A stretch of 64,000 nt of DNA from Eledone cirrhosa (lineage: Eukaryota), in assembly GCA_964016885.1 (NCBI GenBank), contig OZ024745.1:118606001-118670000 (forward strand), written 5' to 3'. The notes beneath the pieces were generated by a model that was given only the letters and a program-made list of their open reading frames with translations, ran no database searches and was not told the DNA's origin. Shown one piece after another: positions 38,041-51,538 of this stretch. Within the stretch, counting starts at the first letter, position 1. Each line of letters begins with the position of its first letter. A program made the translations under genes and the position numbers.

Positions 38041-38894
38041 AGATATAATACAGAGATATAATTTAATGTTGACAGAATAGGCAGTCAGACGTATAATAAA
38101 CTAGAAGCTGACTTTCAGTCTATTTAATTCCATCCTATCTCCGACAGGTGTTTGGCTTTCTGTTTCATATCCAACCTACCTTGTTGTTGTGGGTGTGTGT
38201 GCGTGTATGTGGGGGAGGGGGGGTTTAATAATCAAAATAAGTGCTAATAATTTACTGAGATCACTTTTAATGAAATGACCTCTTGGCAACATAGTAAGAA
38301 CCTAATATGTAGCAATTAGCTTTGTTACAATGATTTTTAATGAGATCTACATACTCATTATTTAGTAACGACCGCAAACTCAGTGTTTCTGATCATCGTT
38401 TTGGTTAATTAAAAGGAAAGAGAAAGTTAAAATCAAATCAAATCAACAAAATACAAAATATAAAAGAAGCTAGTTAAGAAAACCAAACTAATTCCCAAAC
38501 ACTTCAACATTGTGGAATATATAATACATTAATTTATTCCATATTTTATTTATTAGTTGATTTTGCTGTTGCTGTTGTTTACTGAGCATGTTTGTTTAAT
38601 AATGTATTATTTTACATTCATTTATAACATACATACAGCCATAGCACTGTAAAGCATGCTATGTTATATTGCTGGAGAGAAAGTCTGGATGGATATTTGA
38701 TACATGGGTAAGTGGATGGTTTAGGTAAATTAGGGAGAATTTTCAGATCAATAACTGATGTATATATCTCTATTTGGATGTACAACATCGATAGAAGATC
38801 CGTTCAATCACAGCAGGCCAAAATTAACCAACCGTATCCGGCCAGAATTATTTCAGCTCATTCTATTCAAAACCGGTATTCAGAAGAATATTCA

Positions 38895-39115
38895 TGGAGG
38901 CACATGGCTTAGTGGTTAGAGCATTGGTCCCTGTCATTCCACTGCAAAGTGGTCGTGCAGGTGCCATGGCAAAAAAGCACCCAGCACTCACTGTAAATGA
39001 GGTTGGTGTTAGGAAGGACATCCAGCTGTAGAAATCAAGCCAGAATCAGTTCCCGTCCCACCCTTGTAAGCAGGGAAAAGCGGACGTAAAATGAAATGAT
39101 GATGTTGATGATGAT
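38895..39115 (+). mobile_element. Family B SINE with tRNA-like head fused to an RTE family 1 terminal 60 bp
   Basis: GGCACATGGCTTAGTGGTTAGAGC head and family B body. Switches at TTCCCGT into CCCACCCTTGTAAGCAGGGAAAAGCGGACG. Confidence 0.7.
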
Positions 39116-39288
39116 ATGTGGGTGTATGATCTATATACACTGGTCATAGACACACTCACATATATATACACATACACTCACATATATATATATATATATA
39201 TATACACAATAACACCACCAGCTCTATCTCTCTCTCTTCCATTCTCTTTCTCTGCCTCGTCTCTCTCTATGTCTCTCATTCAATCTAG

Positions 39289-39319
<31 letters not shown>

Positions 39320-39689
39320 ATGAAGGTATCCGGAAAAACCCAATATCTTGGGGAACCCGTGGTCCGATTTACGTGAAACTTGTTTTATTCCATTTGTATT
39401 TTCATTTCAAGGTCAACTTCCTTTCAAAAGATGCCCTTTTAGCAGTATTACATTACAGACAAGCAAGTAATCACAGAGTTTTAGTAGTATATAGATTGTA
39501 TGTGTAAAAAGATAACAGTGATAAAGAAATAACCCATGGTCATTTTACGATGTTGTATCATTTGGAGGTACAAGCAATCATTTGGAGGTACATTGCTGCT
39601 CCAAGAGGTCGTATGAATTTCAAATTATGTCTTTAGAAACCTAATATTTTTAAATGTTCCTTTAAACAACATCAACATCAACATCAAAT

Positions 39690-40020
39690 ACCCCCTTCAA
39701 TCATGAATGACCATGGGATTTGCACTTAGAAAGTTCCCTTCTGAGGCACAAGTTTGGGCAAGGTGTGTTTGTGGAAGACCAGCAGTCACCCATGCATACC
39801 AGTCACCCCTCTCCACACCACCGATGTTGTCCAAGGAAAGGCAATGGATGATACAGCTTGGCACCAGTGACATCGCCACTAATTTCTACAACTGAGTAAA
39901 CTGGAGCAACATGAAATAAAGTGTCTTGCTCAAGAACATATCGCACCGCTCGATCCAGGATTTGGACTCAACCTTTCGATTGTGAGCTCAATGCTCTAAC
40001 CACTAAGCCACGTGCCTTCA
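39690..40020 (-). mobile_element. CORE-like SINE (family C, tail type 3)
   Basis: Same tRNA head and CORE as 14640-14937 but an unrelated tail of about 200 bp. Confidence 0.75.
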
Positions 40021-40779
40021 CAATATCAACAACAATAACCATTGATGATGGTGATGATAATTGGTCTACATTTGACACAAGGCCAGTAATTTTAGGGAAG
40101 GAGAATGTTGATGATATTGCCACCAGCACATTACTGTTACTGTGTTTTATTGACCTTGTAAGAATGAAAGACAAAATTGATCTCGGTGGGTTTTGAACTC
40201 TTATGCTGATCTATGAAATTTTAAGAATTCCTGCAACCAAGAAGTATTTTACGTACCACCATCACCACTACCACCACTGCTGCTGCTACAAATACTACTA
40301 TTACAACTACTTAAAGAAATATTTTTAAATTGTAATTGTCATAATAAAGGCTATTAGCATTAATATATTATCATTAAATTAGTCATTTAATTCCAATAAT
40401 AATAATAATTGCTTTTACATTTGGCACAAGTCAAGCAATTGGAAGGGTAAGGTGATTAAATCGACCCCAGTATGTTACTGGTTCTTTCCAGTATGTTACT
40501 GGTTCTTTATTTTATCAATCATAAAAGGATGAAAGGCAAAGTTGAGACGTTGGTGGGATTTGAACTCAAAATGTAAAAAGCTGGGAAAATATTGCTCTGC
40601 ATTAGTGGAATGCTTTAATAACTCTGCCAATCGACTGTCCTAAAAATATCATTAGTACTGATAAGACTAATGAAAACTACTTCTATTGATACTACTATAC
40701 AATTACAATATTGATAAGAGAAATAATAAAAGCAGTAATACCAAGAACAGCAACTACAAACAAAACAATCTTTACAAGG

Positions 40780-41070
40780 TCACTGCTATAAATAACAACC
40801 AAATCTCCTTCCTATGAAAACTAAACTACACTTTAGATAATAGAGTCCTAGATACATTGTCTGAAAATAAAGGATTGGTCATGGCTGGAATGCCTTTGAT
40901 CTGCTCTTAACAAGAACATGTCAATAAAGTCACTTGACTGGCTAAAAATAACAGTTAACTTTACCTCAAAGTGCATTCTACAATCCTATAAAAGGAAAGA
41001 AATATTGGTTAGTGTAGTCCTACATGGTTGGAATGCCATCAATAATCACTGTGCTTCATGCGAGATAACA
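40780..41070. repeat. Old dispersed repeat, two partial copies; relatives near 14945, 17760, 22430, 26110, 54335 and 60745
   Basis: Shared motifs GGTCATGGCTGGAATGCCTTTGATC, TAGTCCTAGATA and GCTGCTATTTCTA. Confidence 0.5.
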
Positions 41071-41164
41071 ACAACAGCCAGCAATTTCAGAATTCAGAAC
41101 AGCAGTTAATGTTTCATACAGCAGTATTGCACAGAAATATCAGAATCAATAACATCAGTAGAAA

Positions 41165-41410
41165 GAAAATCTAGGAAGAAGTGGTGAGAACAGATCTCAA
41201 AATACTGGAAGGGAGACCTGGGCAGAAGTGGTGAGAGCAGATCTCAAAATACTGGAAGGAAAACCTAGGAAGAAGTGGTGAGAGCAGATCTCAAGATGCT
41301 GAACCTCACAGAGGAGATGACAAAGGAATACAACAGATAGAAGAAGGCTGTGCTAGAAAAGATATGTCTAACTCATGCAAGCTTGGAAAAACAGGCATAA
41401 AAAAGATGAT
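41165..41410 (+). mobile_element. RTE 3' fragment with a 47-bp triplicated 5' junction
   Basis: GAAGTGGTGAG at 41178, 41225 and 41272. Confidence 0.75.
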
Positions 41411-41817
41411 AGTTGACTCTTTCATCAAGTAAATCAACCAAATATTTACAATGCTACTTATTTTGTACTGCTGTATCAAATAGACATAAGATTGGGACAT
41501 TGCAGTAATGAATTGAAAATTAACATGTGGACTGAAAAACTGTAGCAGTGAGACAGCCGTTGGGGCCTAGATTTTATCTAATAATTCAAAATTAAATGGT
41601 TCTGATTTTCCACATCTTATCCATACAACAATAGCAAAACTTTCTGCATATTTTATATAGCAGATATCTCACTTCATGCAAATAGTTATAAAGAATATCA
41701 TTTCTTGAATTCAAGCTTTCCCTGTCCTGTGATGATATTAAAATATTTTCAATTAAACAAAGATAATACTTATAACACCTGTCAGTAGATACAAAACCAA
41801 GAATAGACAAAGGTATA

Positions 41818-42046
41818 TTAACCCTTTAGCATTTACATTACTCTATATATACTATTGTATTTTTGTGGTAAAGGCTTTACCTCACATAATTATCTCATAT
41901 AATATCGAATCTATGAGATTTCGATGTTATTTATTTTGAGAACAATACTTTAGCATCAGTATGAGTAGCCATTTATGGCCGGTTTGAACAGTAAGATGAG
42001 AGAGAATTCTGGCTGGATATGGCCGGTTTAAATGCTAAAAAGTTAA
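41818..42046. mobile_element. piggyBac-type MITE
   Basis: TTAACCCTTTAGCATTTAC ... AAATGCTAAAAAGTTAA. Confidence 0.85.
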
Positions 42047-42571
42047 AGGTGCTGTCACAAGTTTCCTTCAATCTCCAAATATAATTACAAAGTGTCCAGG
42101 TTTGACTATATGTATAAGTATCACACCATGGATTCATTGACTTCTGTTTATTTTCTTGTAATATTTGTATTATGTTTGAATATTTTATGAATGGTTTTAG
42201 CCCCATACAGCTACAGTTAACATGGTTAAACTATATCATTATTTATTTATTATTTCATTTTATCTTTGTCCACGCAACTAATCAAACAATTTCTTGTTTT
42301 TGTTACCTGAATATTCATATTAACAACTTTGTTTTATTCCTCAAATTTTATTCAAAGCTTGAAGATGTGAAATTTATGATGATAAAATGTCATTGGTAAA
42401 GTCTACACAAATCCCGTGTACAGAAGCTAACAGTAAAAACACTTCATAACCTGAAGATGAGGTTGTGAAAGTCCTTGATGATGGACTTAGGAATTTTATT
42501 GTTCCAAACGAACTAACTGCAAGAAAACTATTTGAAAATACAGAAAATAAAAAATCCCCACCAAAAAATGT

Positions 42572-42798
42572 TTAACCCTTTAGTGACAAACCGGCCAAAA
42601 CCGGCCAGAAATCTCTACCTCTTTCTGTTGAAATTGGCTGTAACTGGTCACTTAAACTAATGTTAAGCTATTGTTCTCAAAATAAATACTTTCAAAATCT
42701 CATAGATTCGATATTATGAGAGATAATTATGTAAGGTAAAGCCTTTACCATGAAAATATAATAGTATATATAGAGTAATGTGAATGCTAAAGGGTTAA
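42572..42798. mobile_element. piggyBac-type MITE, both ends intact
   Basis: TTAACCCTTTAG ... CTAAAGGGTTAA. Confidence 0.9.
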
Positions 42799-43207
42799 GA
42801 AAACTAGAACATAGAAAATTTTTTAGTCCAAAATTTACATATAACATATTTCCACATATGGATATACATACACATATATCATCTTCATCTGTTTACCTTA
42901 CTACTAAAGGTTGGATGGGTCGTCACATACTAAAATCAGGACTTAATCAGAACTATTTACCTCACAGACTGGCCCAAGAACCACACCACATTTACATACA
43001 TTCCAGACTATACAGAGTGTAACAAGTATGATGTCATAAGTCTATGACAGATGTAGAAGCAGGAAAATAATATTTTTCAGTAATGGAAGATTAACACTGA
43101 CACATTTGTGATGTTTTTCTTCTTCGTCTTCGTTATTTATGTATTTATATCTTCATCTATAAATAATATATTCACAGGGGGCATAAATAAACAGTAAACA
43201 CACACAT

Positions 43208-43244
<37 letters not shown>

Positions 43245-43313
43245 GAGGGGCTTCTACACAGCTTCTGCCTATCAAATTTCCCTCACAAGACACTGGTCAG
43301 CACTCAATCACTA

Positions 43314-43347
<34 letters not shown>

Positions 43348-43430
43348 TCCATCCTGCTGTTTAGCTTATGTTGTATTATATAATTGAAGAATAAACATAG
43401 AAAAAATATTAATATCTAAAACAGTGATTG

Positions 43431-43461
<31 letters not shown>

Positions 43462-43564
43462 AGCCTAACACAAACTCAAAATACTTTGAGCAAGCTTCAA
43501 CACAAGAGACCTGATATTGTAGTTATGAACCCTAACCGGACATATCTGGTCAGGTTCTCTCACC

Positions 43565-43890
43565 TCTTTATTTTATTGACCCCATGAAGAGGAAAGGCAA
43601 AGCTGACCTTGGCAGAATTTGAACTCAGAACATAAAGGGGTGTAACTCTATGCCATGAAGCATGGAGTCCAACACTCCACCGATACTGCCAATCCACTGC
43701 CCTTAATAATAATTGTTTCTACTTTTTGGCACAAGGCCAGCAATTATCTCAGTACATTACTGGTACTTTATTTTATCGACCCCGTAAGGATGAAAGGCAA
43801 AGTCAACCTCGGCAGGATTTGAACTCAGACCATAAAAGGGCCGCAACTCTTTGCTGCAAAGCATGGCGCCGACCCTCTACCGATACTGCC
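43565..43890 (-). mobile_element. Two family A SINEs in tandem
   Basis: Copies at 43565-43703 and 43705-43890. Confidence 0.85.
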
Positions 43891-44369
43891 ATAATAATAA
43901 CAACAACAACAACAACAATAAGGTAATACATGATGATGATAATGATACCTGAGAGAATAAAGAAATGATTTATCATATTTTTTGGTGAGTGAGAAAAAAA
44001 GTGGGGAGGAATGGAAGTGAGAAAATGAAGGGGGAAAGATATGAGGAATGGTAAGAGGGAAAGATAGAGGAGAAAGAAGAGAAAGAGAAAGAAAGTGGAA
44101 GAATGAGGGAAGTGAGAGAAGGTGAGAGAATGAAAGAAGGAAAAATGGAAGAAATGAGATGGAACAAGGCTAAAGGAGGGATGGTGGAGGTGGAAGGTGA
44201 GATAAGGTGGTGGGGGAAGTTGGAAGGAAGAGGCGGATGATGGTGGGGGTAGGGGTGTGTAAGTTGGATGGTGGTAGAGGTGGTGGTGGTGGGAAGGAGG
44301 TTGTGGAAGATAAAAGGAGATAGAAGAATGACAGAAGAATGACAGAGAAGGAAAGGAAGAGAAGAGACA

Positions 44370-45272
44370 CTGAGAAGGGGAGAGAGGAAGGGTAGAAAGG
44401 GGAGAGAGAGGAAGGGTAGAGAAGGGAAGAGGAATGGGGAAAGGAAGGGGAGAGAGAAAAAGGGGAGAGAGAAAGGGTAGTAAGGAAGGGAGAGAGGAAG
44501 GGAGAGAGGAAGGGGAGAGAGAAAGGGTAAAGAGGAAGGTAGAGAGGAGGAGTAATGAGGAAGGGGAGAGAGGAAGGTAGAGAGGAAGGGGAGAGAGAAA
44601 GGGTAGAGAGAAAGGGGAGAGAGAAAGGGGAGAGAGAAAGGGGAGAGAGAAAGGGGAGAGAGAAAGGGGAGAGAGGAAGGGGAGAGAGGAAGGGGAGAAA
44701 GGAAGGGGAGAGAGAGAGGGTAGAGAGGAAGGGGAGAGAGGAAGGGGAGAAAGGAAGGGGAGAGAGAAAGGGTAAAGAGAAAGGGGAGAGAGAAAGGGTA
44801 GTGAGGAAGGTAGAGAGGAAGGGGAGAGAGAGAGGGTAGAGAGGAAGGGGAGAGAGGGAGGGTAGAGAGGAAGGTAGAGAGGAAGGGGAGAGAGAGAGGG
44901 TAGAGAGGAAGGGGAGAGAGGGAGGGTAGAGAGGAAGGGGAGAGAGGGAGGGGAGAGAGGAAGGGGAGAGAGGGAGGGGAGAGAGGAAGGGGAGAGAGGA
45001 AGGGGAGAGAGGAAGGGGAGAAAGGAAGGGGAGAGAGAGAGGGTAGAGAGGAAGGGGAGAGAGGGAGGGTAGAGGGGAAGGGGAGAGAGGAAGGGGAGAG
45101 AGGGAGAGTAGAGAGGAAAGGGAGAGAGGGAGGGTAGAGAGGAAGGGGAGAGAGGGAGGGTAGAGAGGAAGGGGAGAGAGGAAGGGGAGAGAGGAAGGGG
45201 AGAGGGGGAGGGTAGAGGGGAAGGGTAGAGAGGGAGGGTAGAGAGGGAGGGTAGAGAGGGAAGGGTAGAGAG
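44370..45272. repeat. Purine-rich satellite of GAGAGGAAGGGGA / GAGGGAGGGTA modules
   Basis: About 900 bp of almost exclusively G/A on the + strand. Confidence 0.9.
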
Positions 45273-45475
45273 GAGACAATAAAAAAGAGGTGAGACAGAA
45301 GAACAAGGGCAGTGGAAGGCCTTCAAAAAGCGCCAAGTTAATAAGAGAGATGGTCAGAGATATGAAGAAGAGATTATTACTATTGTCAGATGTTGGAATG
45401 GTTTATAGGAGAATAAAAGAAAGATTTTATGGTTGTGGAAATGCTATCCTTCATTTTCTCAATGTTATGGGCGCA

Positions 45476-45648
45476 CACAGACACACACGCAGACATACAC
45501 GCAGACATACACACACGCAGACATACAGACACACACACAGACACACACACACACAGACAGACACACACACATTCATCAAACGATTGTGTGAAAAGACACA
45601 CAATACTATCTCATATAAACAAATGTATATATATCATAAAAGTTTGTG

Positions 45649-45701
<53 letters not shown>

Positions 45702-45739
45702 GTTTCCCTCTCTTGCTCTCCTGTGTATGTATATGTATG

Positions 45740-45795
<56 letters not shown>

Positions 45796-46154
45796 TATTA
45801 TATTATATATATATATATATATACTATATTAAATTATATCATATATATAATATATATATATATATATGTATATATACAGATGTATATATATATGTATATA
45901 TACAGATGTATATACTATATTAAATTATATTATATATATAATATATATATATATGTATATATACATGTATAGATACATATGTATATACTATATTAGATTA
46001 TATTATATAATATATATATATGTATATACTATATTAAATTATATTATATATATATAATATATATGTATATACTATATTAAATTATATCATATATATAATA
46101 TATATGTATATATACAGATGTATATATATATGTATATACTATATTAAATTATAT

Positions 46155-46205
<51 letters not shown>
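45476..46205. repeat. (CA)n, (GT)n and (TA)n tracts plus an AT-rich ACTATATTAAATTATAT module (6 copies)
   Basis: Direct reading of the sequence. Confidence 0.9.
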
Positions 46206-46207
<2 letters not shown>

Positions 46208-46606
46208 AGCGTGTAAATCTGTATTGACATCCAATAGCTCATATGCAATAATATACATAAATGTTTTCGTTGATACAAACTCACATCATTTTCCACCATT
46301 TACTCCTAAATAATTCTGGACACTTGGAGAAGAGTTTCTTTCTTTTAGCACTCTTCCTGGACATTTCTATTCCTTTCCTTTCTATAGTTTGTTACATAAA
46401 ACATATATATACATACATACACATCAGGCTGCACAGTCTAATAGTTAGAATCTTTCTTTGTGACTATCAGCAGTAGGTGGAGAGTTAAACCTGCAATAGA
46501 CTGTCATTCTATCCAGGGAGAGTCTTATACTCTCAGCCACTTAGTGTCAAAGAAAGTTGGGATAAGCATTGGCCTGATGACCCTTTAGATTAGACTTTAT
46601 CTAGCT

Positions 46607-46835
46607 TTAACCCTTTAATATTTACATTACTCTATATATACTATTGTATTTTCACGGTAAAGGCTTTACCTCACATAAATATCTCACATAATACCGAATC
46701 TATGAGATTTTGATGTTATTTATTTTGAGAACAACATCTTAACATCAGTATGAGCAGCCGGTTACAGCCAGTTTGAACAGAGAGGGGTGAGAGAATTCTG
46801 GCCAGATATGGCCGGTTTAAATGCTAAAGTGTTAA
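46607..46835. mobile_element. piggyBac-type MITE
   Basis: TTAA-bounded family copy. Confidence 0.85.
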
Positions 46836-47139
46836 CATACATATACATATATATACATATATATACAACCTTGATAGTAGCTTTGATCAAAGTCATTTTG
46901 GTCGTGGCCACCCCGTCTTTTTAAGGGTCTATTTTAACATTACTTTTCTTCCATTTTCTCATCTCTTTCTACCTCTCACCTTTCTTCTCTTTTTTCTTCT
47001 CCATCTTTCCCTCCTACATTTATTTCTCCATTCCTCTTATATCTTTACACCTTGATTTTCTCATCTCTATTCCTCCCCTTTTTTATAGCTATATTCTTTT
47101 TTTGTTGACCTTGAAAAGGCATATGGTCACTATCTTAAA

Positions 47140-47557
47140 TTCGGAACTTCCCTATGATCATGAATCTTGAATCTTGAGTAATGACCGGAAGAATACGATC
47201 GCGAATACAGGTAGCCGAAATGGAATTCCTCCAAAAGGTCTTTGAAGCAATGTTACCCAATAAAGTGTGTTGCTCGGAGATCAGAGAGACAATCCTAATA
47301 GAGCCCCTTCTTATCAGAAATCACAGCTCCAATACTATGGGCATGTGGTTAGACTGTCTCAGGAAAGAATCACTGCACAGATTTTATGAGCAAATCAAGG
47401 GTAGACCTTGAGCAAGATGGTTGGATAACATCTATGAGCTTGGCTGGTCTTGCTTGGGGATCCAGTTGGATCAGGTTGCTTCTGACAGGACATACTGAAA
47501 GGAGTGTTTCAGGACTCTGCCTCCATGACTTTTTCAGGAATAAGTGAGCGAAGAAGA
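47140..47557 (+). mobile_element. RTE family 2 3' fragment
   Basis: MTGRIRSRIQVAEMEFLQKV...IEPLLI. Confidence 0.85.
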
Positions 47558-48293
47558 TTCTTTCGTTTTGAATTTCTTAATTATAATAAAAGTAAAGAAC
47601 CCTTAACTTCTGATGGAGTTGTAGGGCCCCTATCCTGAAACAGTGTGTCTTGGGTATTTTATACCTGGTGGAGTCAATCCCTATCCAGGTCAGGACACAG
47701 CCAATTTCTGAGAGAGACATAATTTTTCGATGGATCATATGAAAACACAGCTCTTAGCCAGTTTATTCTGCCTTGAAGAGTCGTTTGTGCTCATCGAGTT
47801 TGCATCGTAACAGTCATTGACTCTTGGTGATTTTCATATTGAACCTCTGTTTGTTGCGATAGCCTTTCTTTCTTCTTGCTTTAATCTTTCTGTTTCCTGT
47901 CTCAGGTTCTGTACACTTTCAGAAAGTTGTGATCGCCTTTCTTGTTGACTTAACTTTTATGTTTCCTCATCTCATATTCTGAATTAGGTCAATAGTAACA
48001 TAACACTATCCTCAAAAAGCTAAATTAATATACACCATAGATTAATTTCAAATAGTATCAATTTTTTCTGTGTTCTGCAAAATCAAAGACTGGTGTAAAA
48101 CGACTTTATAAAAGCTAACGCAATATTGTTAAACATTCAACTGTTACTTTGATCTATAGTTTAAGCCGATGCTAGACTTTTGTGGGACGTCACTCACTCT
48201 CTCTCCTTCTCTGAATATCTAACATTACAATTGCATCTCTCTCTGTATAACGGCCTATCTCTCTCTTTCTCTACCTCTCCCTCTCTTTAGATG

Positions 48294-48326
<33 letters not shown>

Positions 48327-48816
48327 AATACATCGTGTATCAAAACATATATACATGTATATCGCTATGTAGGAGCACCAATACAAATATATATATATAT
48401 ATATACACACATACTCACAGACATTATATATAAAAAATATATATATACATACATATGTATGTATGGTGCTGTCACTCCTATATAGGTACACACACACACA
48501 TATATAAGACACACACAAACATATTTATACATTTATATGGCATACATATATACATATATATATTAGTTACAAACTTTATGTTGTCAGATGTGAATGTATG
48601 TGGTAGTAGTAGGCTTAGTATCGTCGAATATCACCTTACATTCTGGTATTAGCACCAACTTGAAGAATTTCATTTTCCCAAATTTCTGAGATTATTTTCT
48701 TTGACATATCTTCTTGTTACAAAAATATTTCACCTCATTTAAAATGGTTACTACTTGGCCTATATTATGATTCGGTTTTCTTTTCAAATATTGCTGTTTA
48801 TGATGATTTGCTTATG

Positions 48817-48862
<46 letters not shown>

Positions 48863-48969
48863 TACCCGTCCCACCCTTGCAAGCAGGGAAAAAGCGGACG
48901 TAAAATGAAATGATGATGATGATATTATTCAAAATGTTAACAAATGAAAAATATTCGCATAATCAAAAT

Positions 48970-49041
48970 ATATACTTTATTATATATATTTCAAAGGTAC
49001 TGTGTTGTTTTTTCAGTACGTCCTCATCAGACAAAATATAT
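48970..49041 (-). ncRNA. Type I hammerhead ribozyme motif
   Basis: Minus strand: AUAUAUUUUGU-CUGAUGA-GGACGUACUG(11-nt loop)CAGUACCUUU-GAAA-U-AUAU-A-UA/AUAAAGUAUAU. 11-bp stem I, intact core, 9 of 10 pairs in stem II, 2-bp stem III with palindromic loop. Confidence 0.7.
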
Positions 49042-49302
49042 GATTTGATATATGACATACCGCTACGGTCTTGATTATTCAATTCCCATATTGGCAGTGA
49101 TTTATTTCATCAAATCTCAATGTTTTTATACCACAAATAATATGATAAACTTAAAGAAGAAAAGGACGTAGAGCAAATTAAAGATATAGTAAAGAAGAGG
49201 AAAGGCAAGAAATATATATATATATATATATAATATATATACTTTGATATATATGTGTAAATATATATATATATAATATATATAATATATATAATCATCC
49301 TC

Positions 49303-49862
49303 AACATCATCATCATCATTTTACATTCCGCTTTTCCCTGCTTGCAAGGGACGGGTCCTATTCAGCACAGCATCTCTCCACTTATCACGGTCCTTCGTCA
49401 TCTCCACTGTGAGATTCAGCGATCTGGGGTCTGCTCTCACCACCTCCGCCCATGTTTTTCGTCGTCTACCTCTACTCCGTCTTCCTTCAACTGGCATTTC
49501 CTGGCACTTCTTCACCCATCGGTCATCCTCCATGTGCATCACATGCCCATACCATCGCAGTCTCCTCTTTCGCACACTACAATCTATCCCTATCAGACAC
49601 AGTTTTTCTCTCAACACACCCATGCTCGGTCGTTCACGCACATCCAACGGAGCATGTTTGCCTCATTTCTCTCCAGCCGTCGCATATCCTCTGCAGTTGC
49701 TGCCCATGTCTCACTGCCATGCAGCATCGCACTCCTCACACACGCATCATATAACCGGTCTTTCGTACACAGGGAGAAACCCTTCTTCGTCAGCAGAGGA
49801 AGCAGTTCTCTCAACTTCTTCCAACCCGTCCTTATTCTAGATACTATGGCTTCGGAACAAGA
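49303..49862 (-). mobile_element. RTE family 1 3' fragment, best preserved copy
   Basis: RIRTGWKKLRELLPLLTKKGFSL...VRSAMLHGSETW...RRLRWYGHV...RKTWAEVVRAD; (GAT)n tail. Confidence 0.92.
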
Positions 49863-50164
49863 TTAACCTGGGTAGAACTATCACAAGGGATTGTTCTTCA
49901 AAAGTTGTTTCACCTACAACAGTCCTACTTCAGTCTGTCACAGAAACGAATACTGTCATCTTCTGTTCAGAATCCATCCAGCTCATAAATACTTCCATTC
50001 TCCGTATAAACATACACAAGTTCAATAATCCTTTTTTAGGTGAAACATGTGTACTCAAGTGTGGTTTGGTAATTGTTGTGGCATTAACTCTAAACTAAAT
50101 TCTCTTTTGAACTGAGTGATCCACCAACTTTGGATATAACCTCCCATTTTTTCACTACCCCTGC

Positions 50165-50199
<35 letters not shown>

Positions 50200-50241
50200 C
50201 ATCATCATCATCATCGTCTTAAAGCGGACGTAAAATGATGA

Positions 50242-50275
<34 letters not shown>

Positions 50276-50437
50276 GTGACAACTATTTTAACTCCACTTA
50301 TCTTGAAACACTTCTCTCAACTTGAAACTAAATTTGAAGACAACTACCAAAGGTGTTGCACAATTGTCTTAAATAAGAGGCTTCAAAATGAAAAACTTAA
50401 CTACATGAAAATTAAAACCAACATCTAGCCTCTTTCA

Positions 50438-50630
50438 ATAATTGGTTCTACATTTGGCACAAGGTCAGCAATTATCCCAGTTGTATTATTGGTACTTTAT
50501 TTTATCGACCCCGTAAAGATGAAAGGCAAAGTTAACCTCAGTGGGATTTGAACTCAAAACGTAAAGGGCCATAACTCTATGCTGCAAAGCATGGTGTCTG
50601 ATGCTCAACCGATACTGCCAATCTACCACC
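50438..50630 (-). mobile_element. Family A SINE
   Basis: Family motifs, flanked by a degenerate CTC.T.CAATAAT duplication. Confidence 0.85.
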
Positions 50631-51029
50631 CTCATACAATAATAATAATGGATGATAGAGTTAACACCACCACAGGGTCCTTGGATACATTTAATCACAG
50701 TTCAATCTGCTGCAAACTCAAGTTGCAAAAGGCATTTGACAAAAGACTGGTAAACAAGTCTGCTGTTAATCCATAAAGCTTGCAAAACAAATCAGCCATA
50801 GCAGGCAATTTGCCTATTACATAATCATTCACCCCCACTCCACTCAATCTCTCTTGTTATTACCAATATTTGGCAACATTCCATCTCTTCTTCTGAGAGC
50901 CACATTTCATGAGATTATTTCATGCAAGGTAGGCACCAGAGCCCCCCACCTCCTCTCAACCAGTTTACTAATATAGTGAAGCAAATTTTTATTTGTAAAA
51001 TCATTCACTTCTGTTTAGAATCAAATAAC

Positions 51030-51258
51030 TTAACCCTTTAGCGTTTAAACCAGCCATATCCGGTCAGAATTTTCTCATCTATTTCTGTCCAAACCGGCCA
51101 TAATTGGCTGCTCATACTGACGTTAAGGTATTGTTCTCAAAATAAATTACATCAAAATCTCATAGATTCAATATTATGTGAGATAATTATGAAAGATAAA
51201 TCTTTTATCACGAAAATACAATAGTAAATATAGAGTAATGTAAATGCTAAAGGATTAA
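51030..51258. mobile_element. piggyBac-type MITE
   Basis: TTAACCCTTTAGCG ... GCTAAAGGATTAA. Confidence 0.85.
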
Positions 51259-51485
51259 AGCTGACTTTGTCCATTTAAGACCTAATTGCATCATTGTCTT
51301 TATGTCACGTCACACCTCTTCTCCCTGAGGTTATCAATAGACATTCACAGCCTTGAGTCTAAGAGAATGTGCCTTATAATACAAACATCCATGTTGTACA
51401 TCAGCTTCCAGTAATAGATCCCCCGTCTAAACACCCGATCTAGTTCAACTGTGTAGATCACAAACTATACTTATTCACTGACCAA

Positions 51486-51538
<53 letters not shown>

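Noticed and set aside
42440-42500. Hammerhead-like CTGAAGA...GAAA with a GTCC/GGAC stem
   Set aside because: Stem II and stem I do not pair.
43803-45336. 507-aa and 388-aa Pro/Ser/Leu ORFs
   Set aside because: A polypyrimidine strand lacks stop codons by composition.
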